Source: Azolla caroliniana | Lineage: Eukaryota; Plantae; Polypodiophyta | Assembly: GCA_043228905.1 (NCBI GenBank) | Contig: JBHGNT010000009.1 | Location: forward strand, 8,680,001-8,744,000 | DNA length: 64,000 nt | Reading direction: 5' to 3' | In this document: positions 40,121-53,025 of the stretch, one piece after another | How positions within the stretch are numbered: the stretch's first letter is position 1 | Layout: each line of letters begins with the position of its first letter | Notes under the pieces: model-generated | Database searches by the model: none | The model's input: the letters and a program-made list of their open reading frames with translations, nothing else | Told to the model about the DNA's origin: nothing | Position numbers and translations under genes: made by a program

Positions 40121-40300
40121 AGAGGTGAGTTTCAGTTCAGTTTATTTTCTGAGGGAGAGCATATGTTTCATGTGTGTGTGTATGTATGTATGTATGTATG
40201 TATGTATGTATAATATACATGTATGTATGTATGTATGTATGTATGTATGTATAATATACATATGTCTCTCTGTCTAACTGTATGTATGTATGTATGTATG
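40080..40300. repeat. Compound (GA)n/(CA)n/(ATGT)n microsatellite upstream of PRA1
   Basis: Visible simple repeats. Confidence 0.9.
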
Positions 40301-40315
40301 CATCTTTATAACATA

Positions 40316-40635
40316 GGGAAAAGTACCGGGATACCCCTGGAAGTTCGTCTATCTACCAGAATGCCCCTGGAAGTTACAAATTTACCAAACTACCCCTATG
40401 TCAAAAAATTACACTTTCTAAAGTAATTATGTATACACTCAAATATTTGGTAAATAGGGCTAGTTCAGGTCCATTTCTTCCATCTTTGGTAAATAGGGCT
40501 TGTAGATTTGAGTGTATACATAATTACTTTATAAAGTGTAAGTTTTTGGACATAGGGGTAGTTTGGTAAATTTAGAACTTTCAGGGGCATTCTGATAAAT
40601 AGACGAACTTTCAGGGGTATCCTGGTACTTTTCCC
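40316..40635. mobile_element. Mutator-like MITE, 320 bp, with about 130-bp TIRs
   Basis: GGGAAAAGTACC...GGTACTTTTCCC termini; 9-bp TSD TATAACATA / TATAATATA (8 of 9 match). Confidence 0.9.
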
Positions 40636-40703
40636 TATAATATATGTATGCATGTATATATGTATATATGTATATATGTATCTTTATAATATGTATGTAT
40701 GTA

Positions 40704-43700
40704 TGTTACGGGCATGACCATATAATATCCCGTGGTGAGAATTGTCGTAGTATTCTATACACGTGGATAAGTGTGAGGGTTAAACAAAGAGTCTAAAGAA
40801 GGGGAGGATTACTTTTAATCCTCGGGATTGAGACAACCCATGAGGCCAAGCGTGAACATGGCTGGGGGCCTTGAGAATTACTATAAATAAGAGGCCTAGC
40901 TACCCTCATTTCAACATGCATTGACTACGTCGAGACTCTGTCCGTGAGTGGAACGACTCTTGTAGCAAGCGCGCTATCGTCCAGGTACGACTCGACGCCA
41001 AGGCGGTGGTATGGGACGCCGATCGAGGCTCGAGTCCGTCTCGATCCCTTCGCTCGGGGGTGGTCGGGTGGATCGGCACCCTTCTTTCTCTCTTTTCTCT
41101 CTATTCTTTCTAGATCTATCATTGATATATCCTTATTTTATGCTTACTTTAGTACCTAATCTCTAATATTTGGTATCAGAGCATATGTACTAACGTTTCT
41201 TTTGGTTTTCTTTTTGTCTTCGCGTGGGATGGCGATTGATCGTTGTGCGGTCGCCTTCATGCAGACAAGGATTAGCGAAGAACTTCGGTAAATTTTCCTT
41301 AATTTTTTTTATCTAATTTTTCTTCTCCCTTCTATACATGTGTATACTTAATATGTAGTTTTTTTTTTCATATATTCAATGATGTTGAAGTGGTATTTAA
41401 TTGGTTATCGTTTGACATATAAATCATATGTGATGAGTGTTGTATGCGTACGAGGTTACTACCTCAATTGCGTATTACGTTCACGAACATATGTTACGTT
41501 CGCGTACGAGGTCAATACCTCGATTCGTTCGAAATGATATGCGTTGGGTTTAGTATGCGTAAGAGGTCAATACCTCAATTGCGAATTACGCTTAACCTTA
41601 TTTTCGGATGTTTCGTGTGCGTAGAGGTATATGCCTCGATTACGTATCCCGAATACATCATTGTTGGCTATATAAAAAAAAAAACGATTCATTTAGTATA
41701 CGCATATGTGGTCACTTATATACGTCTCTGATCGTATATATGTGATATATTGACATATGTGTATATTTTAGATTACGTGATTCATATCAAATGTTTTCCT
41801 ACTTGGGGAGAGGATTTTGGTGGCCGTCCTCACATTTTTGTGAGAATGGCGTTGTCACCATCCCTTTTATCAACAATTTTTATTGTTGAAATTCCCGTTG
41901 GTCACTTTGATATTTCGTTACGTAACGAACCTCGTATAGCCAAAATGATGTTGAATACGTCGGGCTTGATCCACATCAAGTAGGGTCGCTCTAATGACAC
42001 ACGTATCCAACATCTCCCCTCGTTACATGGATACGATGCCACCATGAGCTCGTTCTTACGAGTGGCATTCGTAATGACGTGACCATGTGATGGGCCACAT
42101 GAGCCTACGAAGACACAAGGGCTCATTCGGCTTGACCATTAGGTTACACTTTGGCATATGCCATTGTACTTACGAGGCTTGAGGGTAGGTAGCGTACAAC
42201 CATAGTGGGTAATAAATGAGGGAGAAATAAGGCCACTTGACCTATATGTTTCTTTTAAAAAAAACATATAGGGGCAAATGCCTCGCATATCTCGAATACG
42301 CCTCAAACATTAAACATTCAAGACGCGCAATCTACTTGGTTGGCTCAAGTGTTTAATGTATTTGTCCTCGAGGTCTCGAGTTCAAATATGACCAACACCA
42401 TACAACATCGTTGATACATATGACTATAATACATGTTTAGACTTTAGGTCTAAGTGCACTTCGGGGTCCTCGTAATAGGACTTAAAGAGCCGAAACCACA
42501 TACGTGGGCACAGAAACATAGTTTATTGTTAACATTTTTTTTCGTGTATAAACTATTCATGACGCGAACATACATGGTTGAGCCTCGGGGAGCCGCCATG
42601 AAAAAAATCGATATAGAGATCAGGGAAAGGCATTCATTTGTCACCCCCATGGTTTTTAAAACACCTCTGTGTTACCATAGTAACTTGATCTTGAACCTCA
42701 TCTCATACGTCTAGAGGGGTATTGACGTGAGATCATGATATCGATTAATGTTTGCCCATGATATGTTTACACCACGACAAGATGTTATGACTATTTGTCT
42801 GACCTTATCTTATTTCTTTGCCAGAAATAATCATTCAATGGCTCAGAATAACGACCCGATGCCCTCCGCTCAAGCGGAAAGAACTCAAGGAAATCCTCCT
42901 GGGACAATGTCCATTGAGGCGTATATTTTACAAGTACAACATTTCCTTAGTTCAACCGCGCAGCAGTTGACCGAATTTCGGCAATCTCAAAGTGCTCTCG
43001 AGGCACGAGTCATTAGTCTCCAAAATGAGATTAATCGACCTGATGAGCGTCAGGGTGAACCATCATTTGTCGTAAAGCCATTTACGGGAGATAAAAAGGA
43101 AAGAACCGAAGAAGCAATCTGCACGTGGCTGGGCCGATGGGAGTCTCATTTTGAGCTCTATCCCACGCCAGATAGTACGAAGATTGCATATGTCGGCCGA
43201 GAACTAGGGGGTAAGGCCGCCGCTTGGTGGCGTGGGCTCCGAACTTTGGGGAGATTGCCCGAGACCTGGACAGACTTTGTCACAGTTTTCAAGGGTCAAT
43301 TTCTACAACCTCCCTCTCGAACCGAGGCAGCACAAGCCTTAATGAACCTCTCTAGCAGGAAGTTTTCCTCGCTAGAAGACTATGTCCACCATGCTAGAAC
43401 CCAAATCCAAAAATCGGGTCTAGAAGGGGACAATTGGTTAATAGCTTGTTTTGTCAATGGCATCCCCAATTCGGACTATCACTGGATAGTGCACGATAAG
43501 GATCCAAAATCCTTCGAAGAGGCCGTTGAGATAGTTCTTCGCTATCAACGCACTTCGAAGAAGGACCATAACAAACCCAACGAAGCGCCCGGGACTAAGC
43601 AGTCGCAATTCGTTGGGAAACGCAAGACACCCAACGAATTCATGGATCGCGATTATAAGCGACAACATCCTTTTTGCGTATTCTGCAAAAAGAAGGGTCA

Positions 43701-46700
43701 TACAAAAGAGCAATGTCGTAAGCTCCAACGAAAAGAGCACGACGCCAAACCTAAAGCTACAGACCATAAAGGTCAGATTCCTAATGTCCTTCAGGTCTAT
43801 ACACATCATTTGAGTAATTGTCAATGTTCTTTCCCTCATTATGTATTGGGTCCCAATGATTTACTACGTGCAAACGGGTATATCAATGGATCTCCCGTAC
43901 AATTTTTATTTGATTCGGGAAGCTCACACAATTTTGTGAATGATCATTTGGTACAGATATGGGGAATCCAACCCACCGTAAGTGATCACACCTACACGGT
44001 GCACTTGGCTGATGGAAGAGTACAACACATCAACGGGGCGATTCATTCTTTAGGAATTTCTATTGATACCTATATAGAGGAAGTAGACTTCCATGTAATG
44101 AATCTTAGTACCACCGATGTAATACTGGGTTATCCCTGGTTTTATAATAAAAGCTCTTCTTTATTTATTGATTGGGTTCGCCATTCCATTTCTTTTGTAC
44201 TCAACGATTGTACGCATTTTATTCAATGTGTAACAAAACAATCCCCCTCGATTGTTTCCTCGTGTCCATCAATATCCGAGTTGTCTTGTTCTACGTTATT
44301 TTATTGTGTACTTGATCCGGACATTCACGTTTACAATATCGATAATGTCTCGGGTCAATTAACATATTTTGAACAAAAACAACTTGATGAAATCGTAAAC
44401 AATTTTCGTGATGTTTTTCCGAGTGAACTACCCGATGGTTTACCTCCTAAACGTAATATAGACCATCGTATAGATATTGTACCTGGCGTTGCACCCATTA
44501 GTATACCTCCGTATCGCCTAAGTCGATCTGAAGAGGATGAGGTAGCTAAGCAACTTAAGGACTATTTACGAATGGGTTATATACGTTATAGTAAATCTCC
44601 ATGGGGTGCACCAGTTCTCTTGGTTAAAAAGAAAGAGGGCACATGGCGTATGTGTATTAATTACCGACGCTTGAATAAAGTGACGATCAAGAATTCGTAC
44701 CCATTGCCCCGGGCTGACGATCTAATTGACCGTCTCCAGGGAGCTCGGTATTTTACGAAACTTGATCTCCGTACTGGCTACCATCAAATACGAATAAGTG
44801 AGGACGATGTTCCTAAAACAGCATTTCGTACGCGCTACGGCCATTATGAGTTTTTGGTTATGCCTTTTGGTTTGACCAATGCTCCGGCTACATTTCAACA
44901 AGAAATGAATGACATTTTCCGAGAACAACTTGGAAACTTTGTCGTTATCTTCTTAGATGATATTTTAGTTTATAGCCGTACATTACAAGAACATGCTAGA
45001 CATGTCCGCTTTGTTTTACAAATATTGCGTGACAAACAATTTTACGCGAAGATCTCAAAATGTGAGTTCTTCAAGAAATCAATTACTTATCTTGGACATC
45101 TCATAACCGAACGAGGAGTTGAAATTGATCCTTCTCGCATCGAGAAAATCAAGCTTTGGCCCACTCTTCGGAATATTCGAGAAGTTCGCTCATTCCTTGG
45201 TTTTGTCGGATTTTTGCGAAAAGCTCTTCGTAATTACTCACAATTAACGACGCCGTTTACTGATCTTCTAAAAGGTCAAACGCGTAAGTCTACAAAACCT
45301 ATTGTGTGGAATGCTACACTAGACCTCGCCTTTAAGGAACTCAAGGACTTGGTATGCAAGGCTCCTTCACTTCTTTTACCCGATCCTTCAAAACCTTTTG
45401 AGGTTGAAACCGACGCAAGCGATTATGCTATAGGTGCTGTCTTGTATCAAGATGGTAAACCAATAGCATTCGAGAGTAAGAAACTTGATTCTGCTCAATG
45501 TCGGTATACTGTTCAAGAAAAGGAATTATTTGCGGTTATACATGCGCTCAAAACATGGCGCCATTATCTTTATGGAAATCGCTTTGTGGTAACTACGGAC
45601 CACGAGTCCTTGAAATATTTTTGTGACCAACAAGACCTGAAAGGTCGTAAGGCACGATGGGCTGATCTCATCCAGGACTTTGATTTTTCCATACGATATC
45701 GTAAAGGTTCCATGAATACTGTCGCTGATGCACTAAGTCGCATCCGTGAAGTTAACATGCTTAGCTTCACTGAAATAACATCAGATCTTTATGATCACCT
45801 TCGAGGAAAGTATCCTGATGACAATTATTTTGCAAAATACTGGGCAAGAGTCGAGTCTGGAACAGACACCACCACACCCTCGAAGGAATACTTCCACATT
45901 GCTAACGGTCTGCTCTACCGTAATGGGAAGGTTTGTGTTCCAGATTTACCTGAGGTCAAAAAGAGAATTCTTTTTGAATGCCATGATGCACCCTCAGCAG
46001 GGCACCCTGGAATACATCGTACACTCGTTCTCATCTCCACTCAATTTTATTGGCCTAAGATGCGTCCTGACATACATAGCTATGTGACTAAATGTCACCA
46101 ATGTCAGGTTAACAAAGCCGAGCGACTTAAAGCCGCAGGACTTTTACATCCCTTGGACATTCCCAATAATAAGTGGGAAAGTATATCCATGGATTTTATT
46201 GTTAGCCTTCCTCGCACCCAAAAAGGTCATGATGCCATATGGGTTGTGGTTGACAGACTAACTAAAATGGCCAGATTTATTGCTACTAAAACCACGGTAA
46301 CAGCTCCTGAATTGGCTTACCAATTCGTTGATGAGTTATTTCGTTTTTACGGGTTACCGATGGATATCGTGAGTGACCGAGATCCAAAGTTTACTAGTGA
46401 CTTCTGGACGCAAGTCTTTAAGAAGTTAGAAACTACGTTGAGCATGAGCTCCACGGATCATCCTCAATCCGATGGACAGACAGAACGAGTAAATCAAATT
46501 ATTGAGGACATGCTTCGAGCATACGTTGGTGCAAAACCAACAAAATGGGAACGTTACCTCCCAATTTTGGAGTTTGCTTATAACAGCTCCAAGCATACGT
46601 CGACGGGATATAGTCCTTTTATGTTGATGTATGGATTTCAGCCACGAGCCCTGATTGATGTTAATATACATCATGATGAGTTGCGAAGTACGCAAAACTT

Positions 46701-47722
46701 TCTTCGGGATATGCAAGATATGTTGCATATTGCACGGGATAATATAAAAACAACTCAAGATAGAGCGCGTTTTTATACCGATCATCATAGGCAACCTCGT
46801 GTATTCAGCCCTGGACAGAAGGTATTTTTACGTGTACCTCACAATTCTAAGACATTGTCTACGGGTAAGTGCGCTAAGTTAGCCCCACGGTTTTGTGGAC
46901 CTTTTACAGTCCTCAAACGCATTGGATCATCAGCCTATCGTCTCGCTCTTCCCGATGGTGTTGGAATACATCCAGTCTTTCATGTAAGTCGTCTAAAAGA
47001 ACTTCTAGGTTCTGGCGACAATACAGTTACAACTGAAACTCTGGTTATTTCTGAAGATTTATCTTCTAAACCACATGTACCAGAAAGAATTCTCGATGTT
47101 AAAACAAAAAAATTACGTACTAAGGAAATCCGAGAATTTAAAATAAAATGGATGGATAAATCAATCAAAGATGCCACATGGGAACGCGAAACGACTCTAA
47201 CAACTAACTTCCCTAACTTTCCATTGCAAGAGTGCAATGTTTTAAAGAGGGGGAGTATGTTACGGGCATGACCATATAATATCCCGTGGTGAGAATTGTC
47301 GTAGTATTCTATACACGTGGATAAGTGTGAGGGTTAAACAAAGAGTCTAAAGAAGGGGAGGATTACTTTTAATCCTTGGGATTGAGACAACCCATGAGGC
47401 CAAGTGTGAACATGGCTGGGGGCCTTGAGAATTACTATAAATAAGAGGCCTAGCTACCCTCATTTCAACATGCATTGACTACGTCGAGACTCTGTCCGTG
47501 AGTGGAACGACTCTTGTAGCAAGCGCGCTATCGTCCAGGTACGACTCGACGCCAAGGCGGTGGTATGGGACGCCGATCGAGGCTCGAGTCCGTCTCGATC
47601 CCTTCGCTCGGGGGTGGTCGGGTGGATCGGCACCCTTCTTTCTCTCTTTTCTCTCTATTCTTTCTAGATCTATCATTGATATATCCTTATTTTATTCTTA
47701 CTTTAGTACCTAATCTCTAATA
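40704..47722 (+). mobile_element. Intact young Ty3/gypsy chromovirus. LTRs 40704-41168 and 47258-47722; TSD ATGTA
   Basis: 465-bp LTRs with about 3 differences. PBS TGGTATCAGAGC (tRNA-iMet) at 41171-41182. PPT AAAGAGGGGGAG. ATGTA at 40699-40703 and 47723-47727. Confidence 0.98.
42748..47271 (+). CDS. Gag-Pol polyprotein in a single open frame (likely start Met at 42838)
   Basis: CCHC knuckle [14 protein letters not shown]; protease FDSGS; RT KLDL and FLDD; RNase H TDAS/EKE/TDH/ADALSR; integrase HHCC and DDE; C-terminal chromodomain PERILD...IKW...ATWE. Confidence 0.97.
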   Translation: MFAHDMFTPRQDVMTICLTLSYFFARNNHSMAQNNDPMPSAQAERTQGNPPGTMSIEAYILQVQHFLSSTAQQLTEFRQSQSALEARVISLQNEINRPDERQGEPSFVVKPFTGDKKERTEEAICTWLGRWESHFELYPTPDSTKIAYVGRELGGKAAAWWRGLRTLGRLPETWTDFVTVFKGQFLQPPSRTEAAQALMNLSSRKFSSLEDYVHHARTQIQKSGLEGDNWLIACFVNGIPNSDYHWIVHDKDPKSFEEAVEIVLRYQRTSKKDHNKPNEAPGTKQSQFVGKRKTPNEFMDRDYKRQHPFCVFCKKKGHTKEQCRKLQRKEHDAKPKATDHKGQIPNVLQVYTHHLSNCQCSFPHYVLGPNDLLRANGYINGSPVQFLFDSGSSHNFVNDHLVQIWGIQPTVSDHTYTVHLADGRVQHINGAIHSLGISIDTYIEEVDFHVMNLSTTDVILGYPWFYNKSSSLFIDWVRHSISFVLNDCTHFIQCVTKQSPSIVSSCPSISELSCSTLFYCVLDPDIHVYNIDNVSGQLTYFEQKQLDEIVNNFRDVFPSELPDGLPPKRNIDHRIDIVPGVAPISIPPYRLSRSEEDEVAKQLKDYLRMGYIRYSKSPWGAPVLLVKKKEGTWRMCINYRRLNKVTIKNSYPLPRADDLIDRLQGARYFTKLDLRTGYHQIRISEDDVPKTAFRTRYGHYEFLVMPFGLTNAPATFQQEMNDIFREQLGNFVVIFLDDILVYSRTLQEHARHVRFVLQILRDKQFYAKISKCEFFKKSITYLGHLITERGVEIDPSRIEKIKLWPTLRNIREVRSFLGFVGFLRKALRNYSQLTTPFTDLLKGQTRKSTKPIVWNATLDLAFKELKDLVCKAPSLLLPDPSKPFEVETDASDYAIGAVLYQDGKPIAFESKKLDSAQCRYTVQEKELFAVIHALKTWRHYLYGNRFVVTTDHESLKYFCDQQDLKGRKARWADLIQDFDFSIRYRKGSMNTVADALSRIREVNMLSFTEITSDLYDHLRGKYPDDNYFAKYWARVESGTDTTTPSKEYFHIANGLLYRNGKVCVPDLPEVKKRILFECHDAPSAGHPGIHRTLVLISTQFYWPKMRPDIHSYVTKCHQCQVNKAERLKAAGLLHPLDIPNNKWESISMDFIVSLPRTQKGHDAIWVVVDRLTKMARFIATKTTVTAPELAYQFVDELFRFYGLPMDIVSDRDPKFTSDFWTQVFKKLETTLSMSSTDHPQSDGQTERVNQIIEDMLRAYVGAKPTKWERYLPILEFAYNSSKHTSTGYSPFMLMYGFQPRALIDVNIHHDELRSTQNFLRDMQDMLHIARDNIKTTQDRARFYTDHHRQPRVFSPGQKVFLRVPHNSKTLSTGKCAKLAPRFCGPFTVLKRIGSSAYRLALPDGVGIHPVFHVSRLKELLGSGDNTVTTETLVISEDLSSKPHVPERILDVKTKKLRTKEIREFKIKWMDKSIKDATWERETTLTTNFPNFPLQECNVLKRGSMLRA

Positions 47723-47727
47723 ATGTA

Positions 47728-47904
47728 TGTCAGCTTTTTATCCACATTGAACGCACACGCGCCCTCAGTTGAGTGACCTACATCGTTCGTGCTCGTGATT
47801 CCCTCACTTGCCCTATTCACGAGAATCATGAGCACGAACGGTGTAGGTCGCTCAGCTGAGGGCGCGTGCGATTTGCACCGTCCGATGTGGATAAAAAGGT
47901 GACA
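47728..47904. repeat. Foldback inverted repeat (about 75-80 bp arms), MITE-like
   Basis: TGTCAGCTTTTTATCCACAT...GTGCTCGTGATTC pairs with GAATCATGAGCAC...ATGTGGATAAAAAGGTGACA. Confidence 0.85.
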
Positions 47905-48166
47905 ACGTTTGTTACCAAGAGCCCGACTCTCTGACACCAAGAGCCCGACCGACTCATATCAGGAGCCCAACTCAGAAATAGACATAAAAAACTCCAGAAA
48001 TAGACATAAAAAGCTTCAAAACATTCTAAGTGTAAAACAAAAGTTTCCCATGAAAATGTTACATAAAAATTACTCAAAAAATCCCTAATCTTCCAATTTC
48101 ACAAAACTTAAAACTTAAAACTAAAAAATCACTCAGACTTATGTCTCCAAGCTTCAAATAACAAAT

Positions 48167-48516
48167 TGTAAAAAGAACAACGTGCAGAAGCAACAAAAAG
48201 CAGAACGTAGGAAAACACAGGTTTAATGGAGAGCTTGGACACACACAATATGCGGGAGAGACAGAGATAGAGACAGAGTTAATACACACAACTCAATTCA
48301 AAAATAATACTCAGTTTGTACATAGAATGTGCTCAGTGAGCACTTTTATACAAGTCCATACGGACTGACAAAAGTACTGACACGTACTTTAATGCTCATA
48401 ACTGAGCTCTACACTAACTCCCAAAATATATTCCTACGCGGAATATCTTTCCAATGGCCTCGCAGTTTATGCACCGCTATGACTTCTCGTTGCGCACTGG
48501 TTTGCGTAACAGTTTA
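48167..48516 (-). mobile_element. Truncated LTR related to the LTR at 53601, interrupted by the copia element
   Basis: Shares TGTAAAA(A)GAA, AATGTGCTCAGTGAGCACT, GGACTGACAA and ATATTCCTACG.GGAATAT with 53601-53885. Confidence 0.7.
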
Positions 48517-51500
48517 TGTTGAGAGATCAAACTCAACCTAGTTTAGTTAGTTAGTCAACACATGTAACTTAGTAGTTACCTAGATAGAATCTAGTTAGTG
48601 TGTTGACCATAAAGCCTTAAATAAGATTTTGTACTTAAGTGGGATATATTGTAGGTCCACCACTCCATGCTCATTTAATATAGGACTTACACGTTGTACC
48701 TATATTCTCCTAGCACATGTGCACCCTTGCACATGAAACTTATATATACCTCATTGAAGGTATTTTTGTATTTGATGATAGTTAATGATATTTACCTTTT
48801 AATATACTTTATGCACCCTTGCACATGAAACTTATATATACCTCATTGAAGGTATTTTTGTATTTGATGATAGTTAATGATATTTACCTTTTAATATACT
48901 TTATCATCCCCCATCTTGTTTTTGTGTTCATAAGTGTACTTCTCTCTCTCTTCCTCTCACGCACATATCACTTAATCTTCCGCTACGTAATCACATAATT
49001 AGGTAATAATTATTCCTTAATTAATTACCTAATCCTTAACATGGTATCAGAGCGTGTGGTTTAGAAAATCCACTAAGCCTACCCGACTCTGTGATTGTGT
49101 GTTCAAAACGCCGACGACAAATTATGGCCATCCACTACCTTAGTGCCGCTACGTAGCACAAGTACGTGATCGAAGAAAGAGGAGCCAAAAAGGAAGACAC
49201 AAAACAACATGAACACACAAATGGGTAGCTCGCTCCCTAGCGAAAAGCTAGACCGGAGCAATTATTCATCTTGGGAGTACAAGATGACCCAATAACTCGT
49301 TGGCCAAGGGTATTGGAGCTACATCAACGGCGCACTCGAGAACAAGCCCGATGACACAAACGCCAACTACCCAACGTGGGAGCAAGGAGCGAGTCGGGTA
49401 ATGTATTGCTTGGTAACATGTGTCCACGACCATATACTTAGCCACATTCGAGACGCCAAGACGCCTAAAGAGGCGTGGGAGAACTTAAAGAAAATGTTCG
49501 CCGTCAACACGACTGCCCGCAAACTTCAACTCCGGCAAAAAGACATGTCCGTGTCGGACTACACCGCCAAAATCAAGAGCATTTGTGACTCGCTTGGCTC
49601 AATCAACATAAACGTCGACAAAGATGAGATGGTTCAAGTATGCTTGGGCGGCCTCGCACAACGATTTGATCCACTACGGATGGCAATCTTGGCGAGAGAT
49701 AACCCTCCTTCGTTCTTTGACCTCCAATCGATGTTATTGGTCGAAGAAAACCACATTCGAACCAAAAGCAAGACACTGGAAGGACAAATGTTCTTCTCGA
49801 ATTCAGACGATGGTCGAGGAAGAGGTCGTGGCGGTAGAAGAGGAAGCCATCGAGGACCCTTCAGAAGAAGGGGGAGCTTCCGAGCCGAACAAGGTCGGCA
49901 AACGAGGCTCGCAACTTGCAATTATTGTGGAAAAATCAGCCACTATGAGGTGGAGTGTCGGAAGAAAAGAAGCGAGTCGGGTTCGACAAGCCGACAACTC
50001 ACAAACTACGCCAACAACTCCGAATACGAGGATTACGGCGGACTATTCGTAATGCGACATAGAGCGAACTCTATGACGGCCTCCGACTCCGCAAGCATCT
50101 CCAATCCGGAAGACGTGTGGTTCGTAGATTCCGGCGCCTCACATCACATGACATCTCACGAAGAGTGGTTTCGTGATTTACGAACACTGGATTGACCCGG
50201 CTTTATAGAGACAGGAGACGACACCACGCACCCCATTCGGCACATCAACAATGTCCCATTCGGGAAAGAAGGCGAACAAACTTGCATCAAGAATGTCTTG
50301 CACGTGCCCACAATAACGAAGAATTTGGTCTCCGTCAGCCAAATCGTGGAGCAAGGCATGCAAGTCCGCTTCAACAAAGAAGGATGCTTCATTGAGAAAG
50401 ATGGCCGACTCATAGCGAAGGGGTGGAGAGATGGTCGAATGTTCATCCTCGATTCGAACGAGGTGAAATCGGCAATGTACGCCAAAGGTCTCAAAACCGA
50501 GAAAAGCATCGAGTTGTGGCACAAGAGAATCGGCCACATAAACCTCCAACGGCTTCGAGCGATGCAAACGAAGGGAGTCGTCATCGGACTTCCGACATTC
50601 GAGTCGAAACGAGTCGACTGAGTATGCGAAGCGTGTCAACTCGGCAAACAACATCGACTCCCATTCCCGAAGGAGAGCTCCGCAAGCAAAGGCCTCCTCG
50701 ACGTCATACACTCGGATGTATGGGGACCGGCTCAAACGCCGACGATCGGCGGATGTCGATACTACGTAACCTTCATCGACGACTACTCACGTTACGCATG
50801 GATTTACCCGATGAAGAAGAAGAGCGAAGTGTTCTCCCACTTCCAAAAGCTCAAGGGGCAAGTTGAAAAAGAAACCGGTCGGCACATTCGATGCCTACGA
50901 TCAGATGGAGGAAAGGAGTACTTCTCCGACGAATTCACCTCCTACCTCCAAAGTGAAGGCATTCGTAGAGAATTCTCATGCCGACACACACCCCAACAAA
51001 ATGGAGTCGCCGAAAGGAAGAATCGGCAAATACTTGAGATAGCACGTGCCATGATGCATGAGAAGCACATGCCGAACTTCTATTGGGCCGAAGCGGCATC
51101 CACGGCCGTCTATCTCATGAATCGGTGCACCACCAATGGAGTCCATGAGCTAACTCCATACGAGCTCCTCTTTGGAAGGAAGCCGATCCTGTCGCACCTC
51201 AAGGTGTTCGGAAGCATTGCGAATGTACGCATCCCGAACGAACAACGACAGAAGCCCGACGTGAAGTCGGAGGAATGTATCCTCATAGGATACTCGTTCG
51301 AGAAGAAGGCATACAAGTGCTACAACTCGTCGACACGAGAAGTTCACGTAAGTCGAGACGTAGTCTTCGACGAGTACACATCCTGTTACGCACCAGAGGC
51401 CTCTTCGACTCCGACTACGCTCGATGCGGATTACGCCGAACAAGAGGTAGAAGCCAAAGATCAACTCGCACATATGAACGACGAAAGTCTGATTATGGCA

Positions 51501-52308
51501 AAGCCTAGTGGGCCACAAGAGCCCCCACGTGACCCAAGCACGTCGCGGCCAAGTCCGAAATCGGACAAGGGCAAGGGCAAGATGCTCGAATACGAAGTCA
51601 ACCACCTCGATGACAATGATTCGGATGGATCGGCTCCCTCACTAGACAGTGAGTTCGGTGTACCCATCATGCGGACACCCGGAGTAAAGAAGGCGCTCAC
51701 ATCGGCAAGCGAAAAACTTCGACGCTCTTCTAGAGAGAAGAATCCCGTCGCTCGGCTTGGCTACAATGAGTATATGGCCCATCATTACGCCTTCGTGATG
51801 AAGATAGCGGCCGAAGAAGAGCCCAAGAGCTCCACCGAAGCAGCTCGTAACCCACGATGGGTGGAAGTAGTCGACCTTCACCCACACACTACAAGCCTTC
51901 GTCACCGGCTTGAGGAGGAGGAACTGAGATTGCCACGGCGAGGAAAGCCGAAGGCCGGATGGAAGCTGCACAGAAGCCGACATCGGAAGCCGGACAACGC
52001 TGAAAACAATACCGAATGTTGGACGCCTCACAGTTGAGGTTGAGGGGGCGTGTTGAGAGATCAAGCTCAACCTAGTTTAGTTAGTTAGTCAACACATGTA
52101 ACTTAGTAGCTACCTAGATAGAATCTAGTTAGTGTGTTGACCATAAAGCCTTAAATAGGATTTTGTACTTGAGTGGGATACATTGTAGGTCCACCACTCC
52201 ATGCTCATTTAATATAGGACTTACACATTGTACCTATATTCTCCTAGCACATGTGCACCCTTGCAAATGAAACATATATATACCTCATTGAAGGTATTTT
52301 TGTATTTG
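48517..52308 (+). mobile_element. Ty1/copia deletion derivative lacking RT/RNase H. 5' LTR 48517-49041; truncated 3' LTR 52051-52308
   Basis: TG...CA LTR; PBS TGGTATCAGAGC at 49042; PPT GAGGGGGCG; about 92-bp tandem duplication inside the 5' LTR. Confidence 0.92.
49221..52037 (+). pseudogene. Copia gag-protease-integrase pseudogene
   Basis: EKLDRSNY; CNYCGKISHYEVEC; WFVDSGASHHMT; LWHKRIGH; HSDVWGP; RSDGGKEY; QNGVAERKNR. Internal stops at 50193 and 50619; no RT domain. Confidence 0.92.
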
Positions 52309-53025
52309 CACCCAAAATCGAATTCGTCATTCGACTTGGCGTCACGGTCTCTTCCGCTCCTTTCCTGCTCCCTTCTATAGTCTTCCGGGACTTCTCTTCC
52401 CCCTCAAGTTCGGCACATCGAGGTGTCGCAACCCAAGCGCACCCGAGAATTGCCATAACTTGTCGAGACCAAGGGGCTTAGTGAAAATGTCGGTGGTCTA
52501 CCGATCCGTCGGAACATACTGAAGTTCAACTTCATCGGAGAGGACACGCTCGCGGACAAAGTGGTAGTGGACCTCAATGTGCTTAGTCCGGGCGTGGAAA
52601 ACAGGGTTCTTCGCTAACTGGATGTTGCTGAGGTTGTTGCAGTAGATTGTCGTTGGATCGGACACCTCCACCTGTAGATCCTTAAGTAGCCATTTTAGCC
52701 AGATGGCTTTGCATGTGGCGACAACCGCTCCTCTATACTCGGCTTCGGTGCTCGACAGTGCAATTGTCGGTTGCTTCTTGCTACTCCACGCGATCGCGGT
52801 GCTCCCAAGAGAGAACACGAATCCGGATGTGGATCGGTGATCGCTGGCGTTTCCAGCCCAATCAACATCGGTGTAACCGACTAATTGCACAACAATATCA
52901 GTCCGATATAGAAGCCCCCAGTCCTTAGTGCCACTAACGTACTGGAGTACGCGTTGTGCGTACTGAAGGTGCTCCTCGGTTGGCCGCGCCATGAACTGAC
53001 TAATCAGACCGACTGGGTAACTGAG
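52309..53025 (-). pseudogene. Copia RT C-terminus and RNase H fragment in inverted orientation
   Basis: GYTDVDWAG...RSTSG...WSSKKQ..ALSSTEAEY...HARTKHIEVHYHFVRE...DIFTKPL. Confidence 0.92.

Noticed and set aside
40925-41159. Short ORFs duplicated at 47479-47713
   Set aside because: They lie within the LTRs, so the duplication simply reflects LTR identity.
41440-41660. CRISPR-like repeat-spacer appearance
   Set aside because: Eukaryotic retrotransposon leader, degenerate repeats and no cas genes; better explained as RNA hairpins.
42440-42500. Hammerhead ribozyme candidate (GAAAC after a hairpin)
   Set aside because: No CTGATGA core in the required position.
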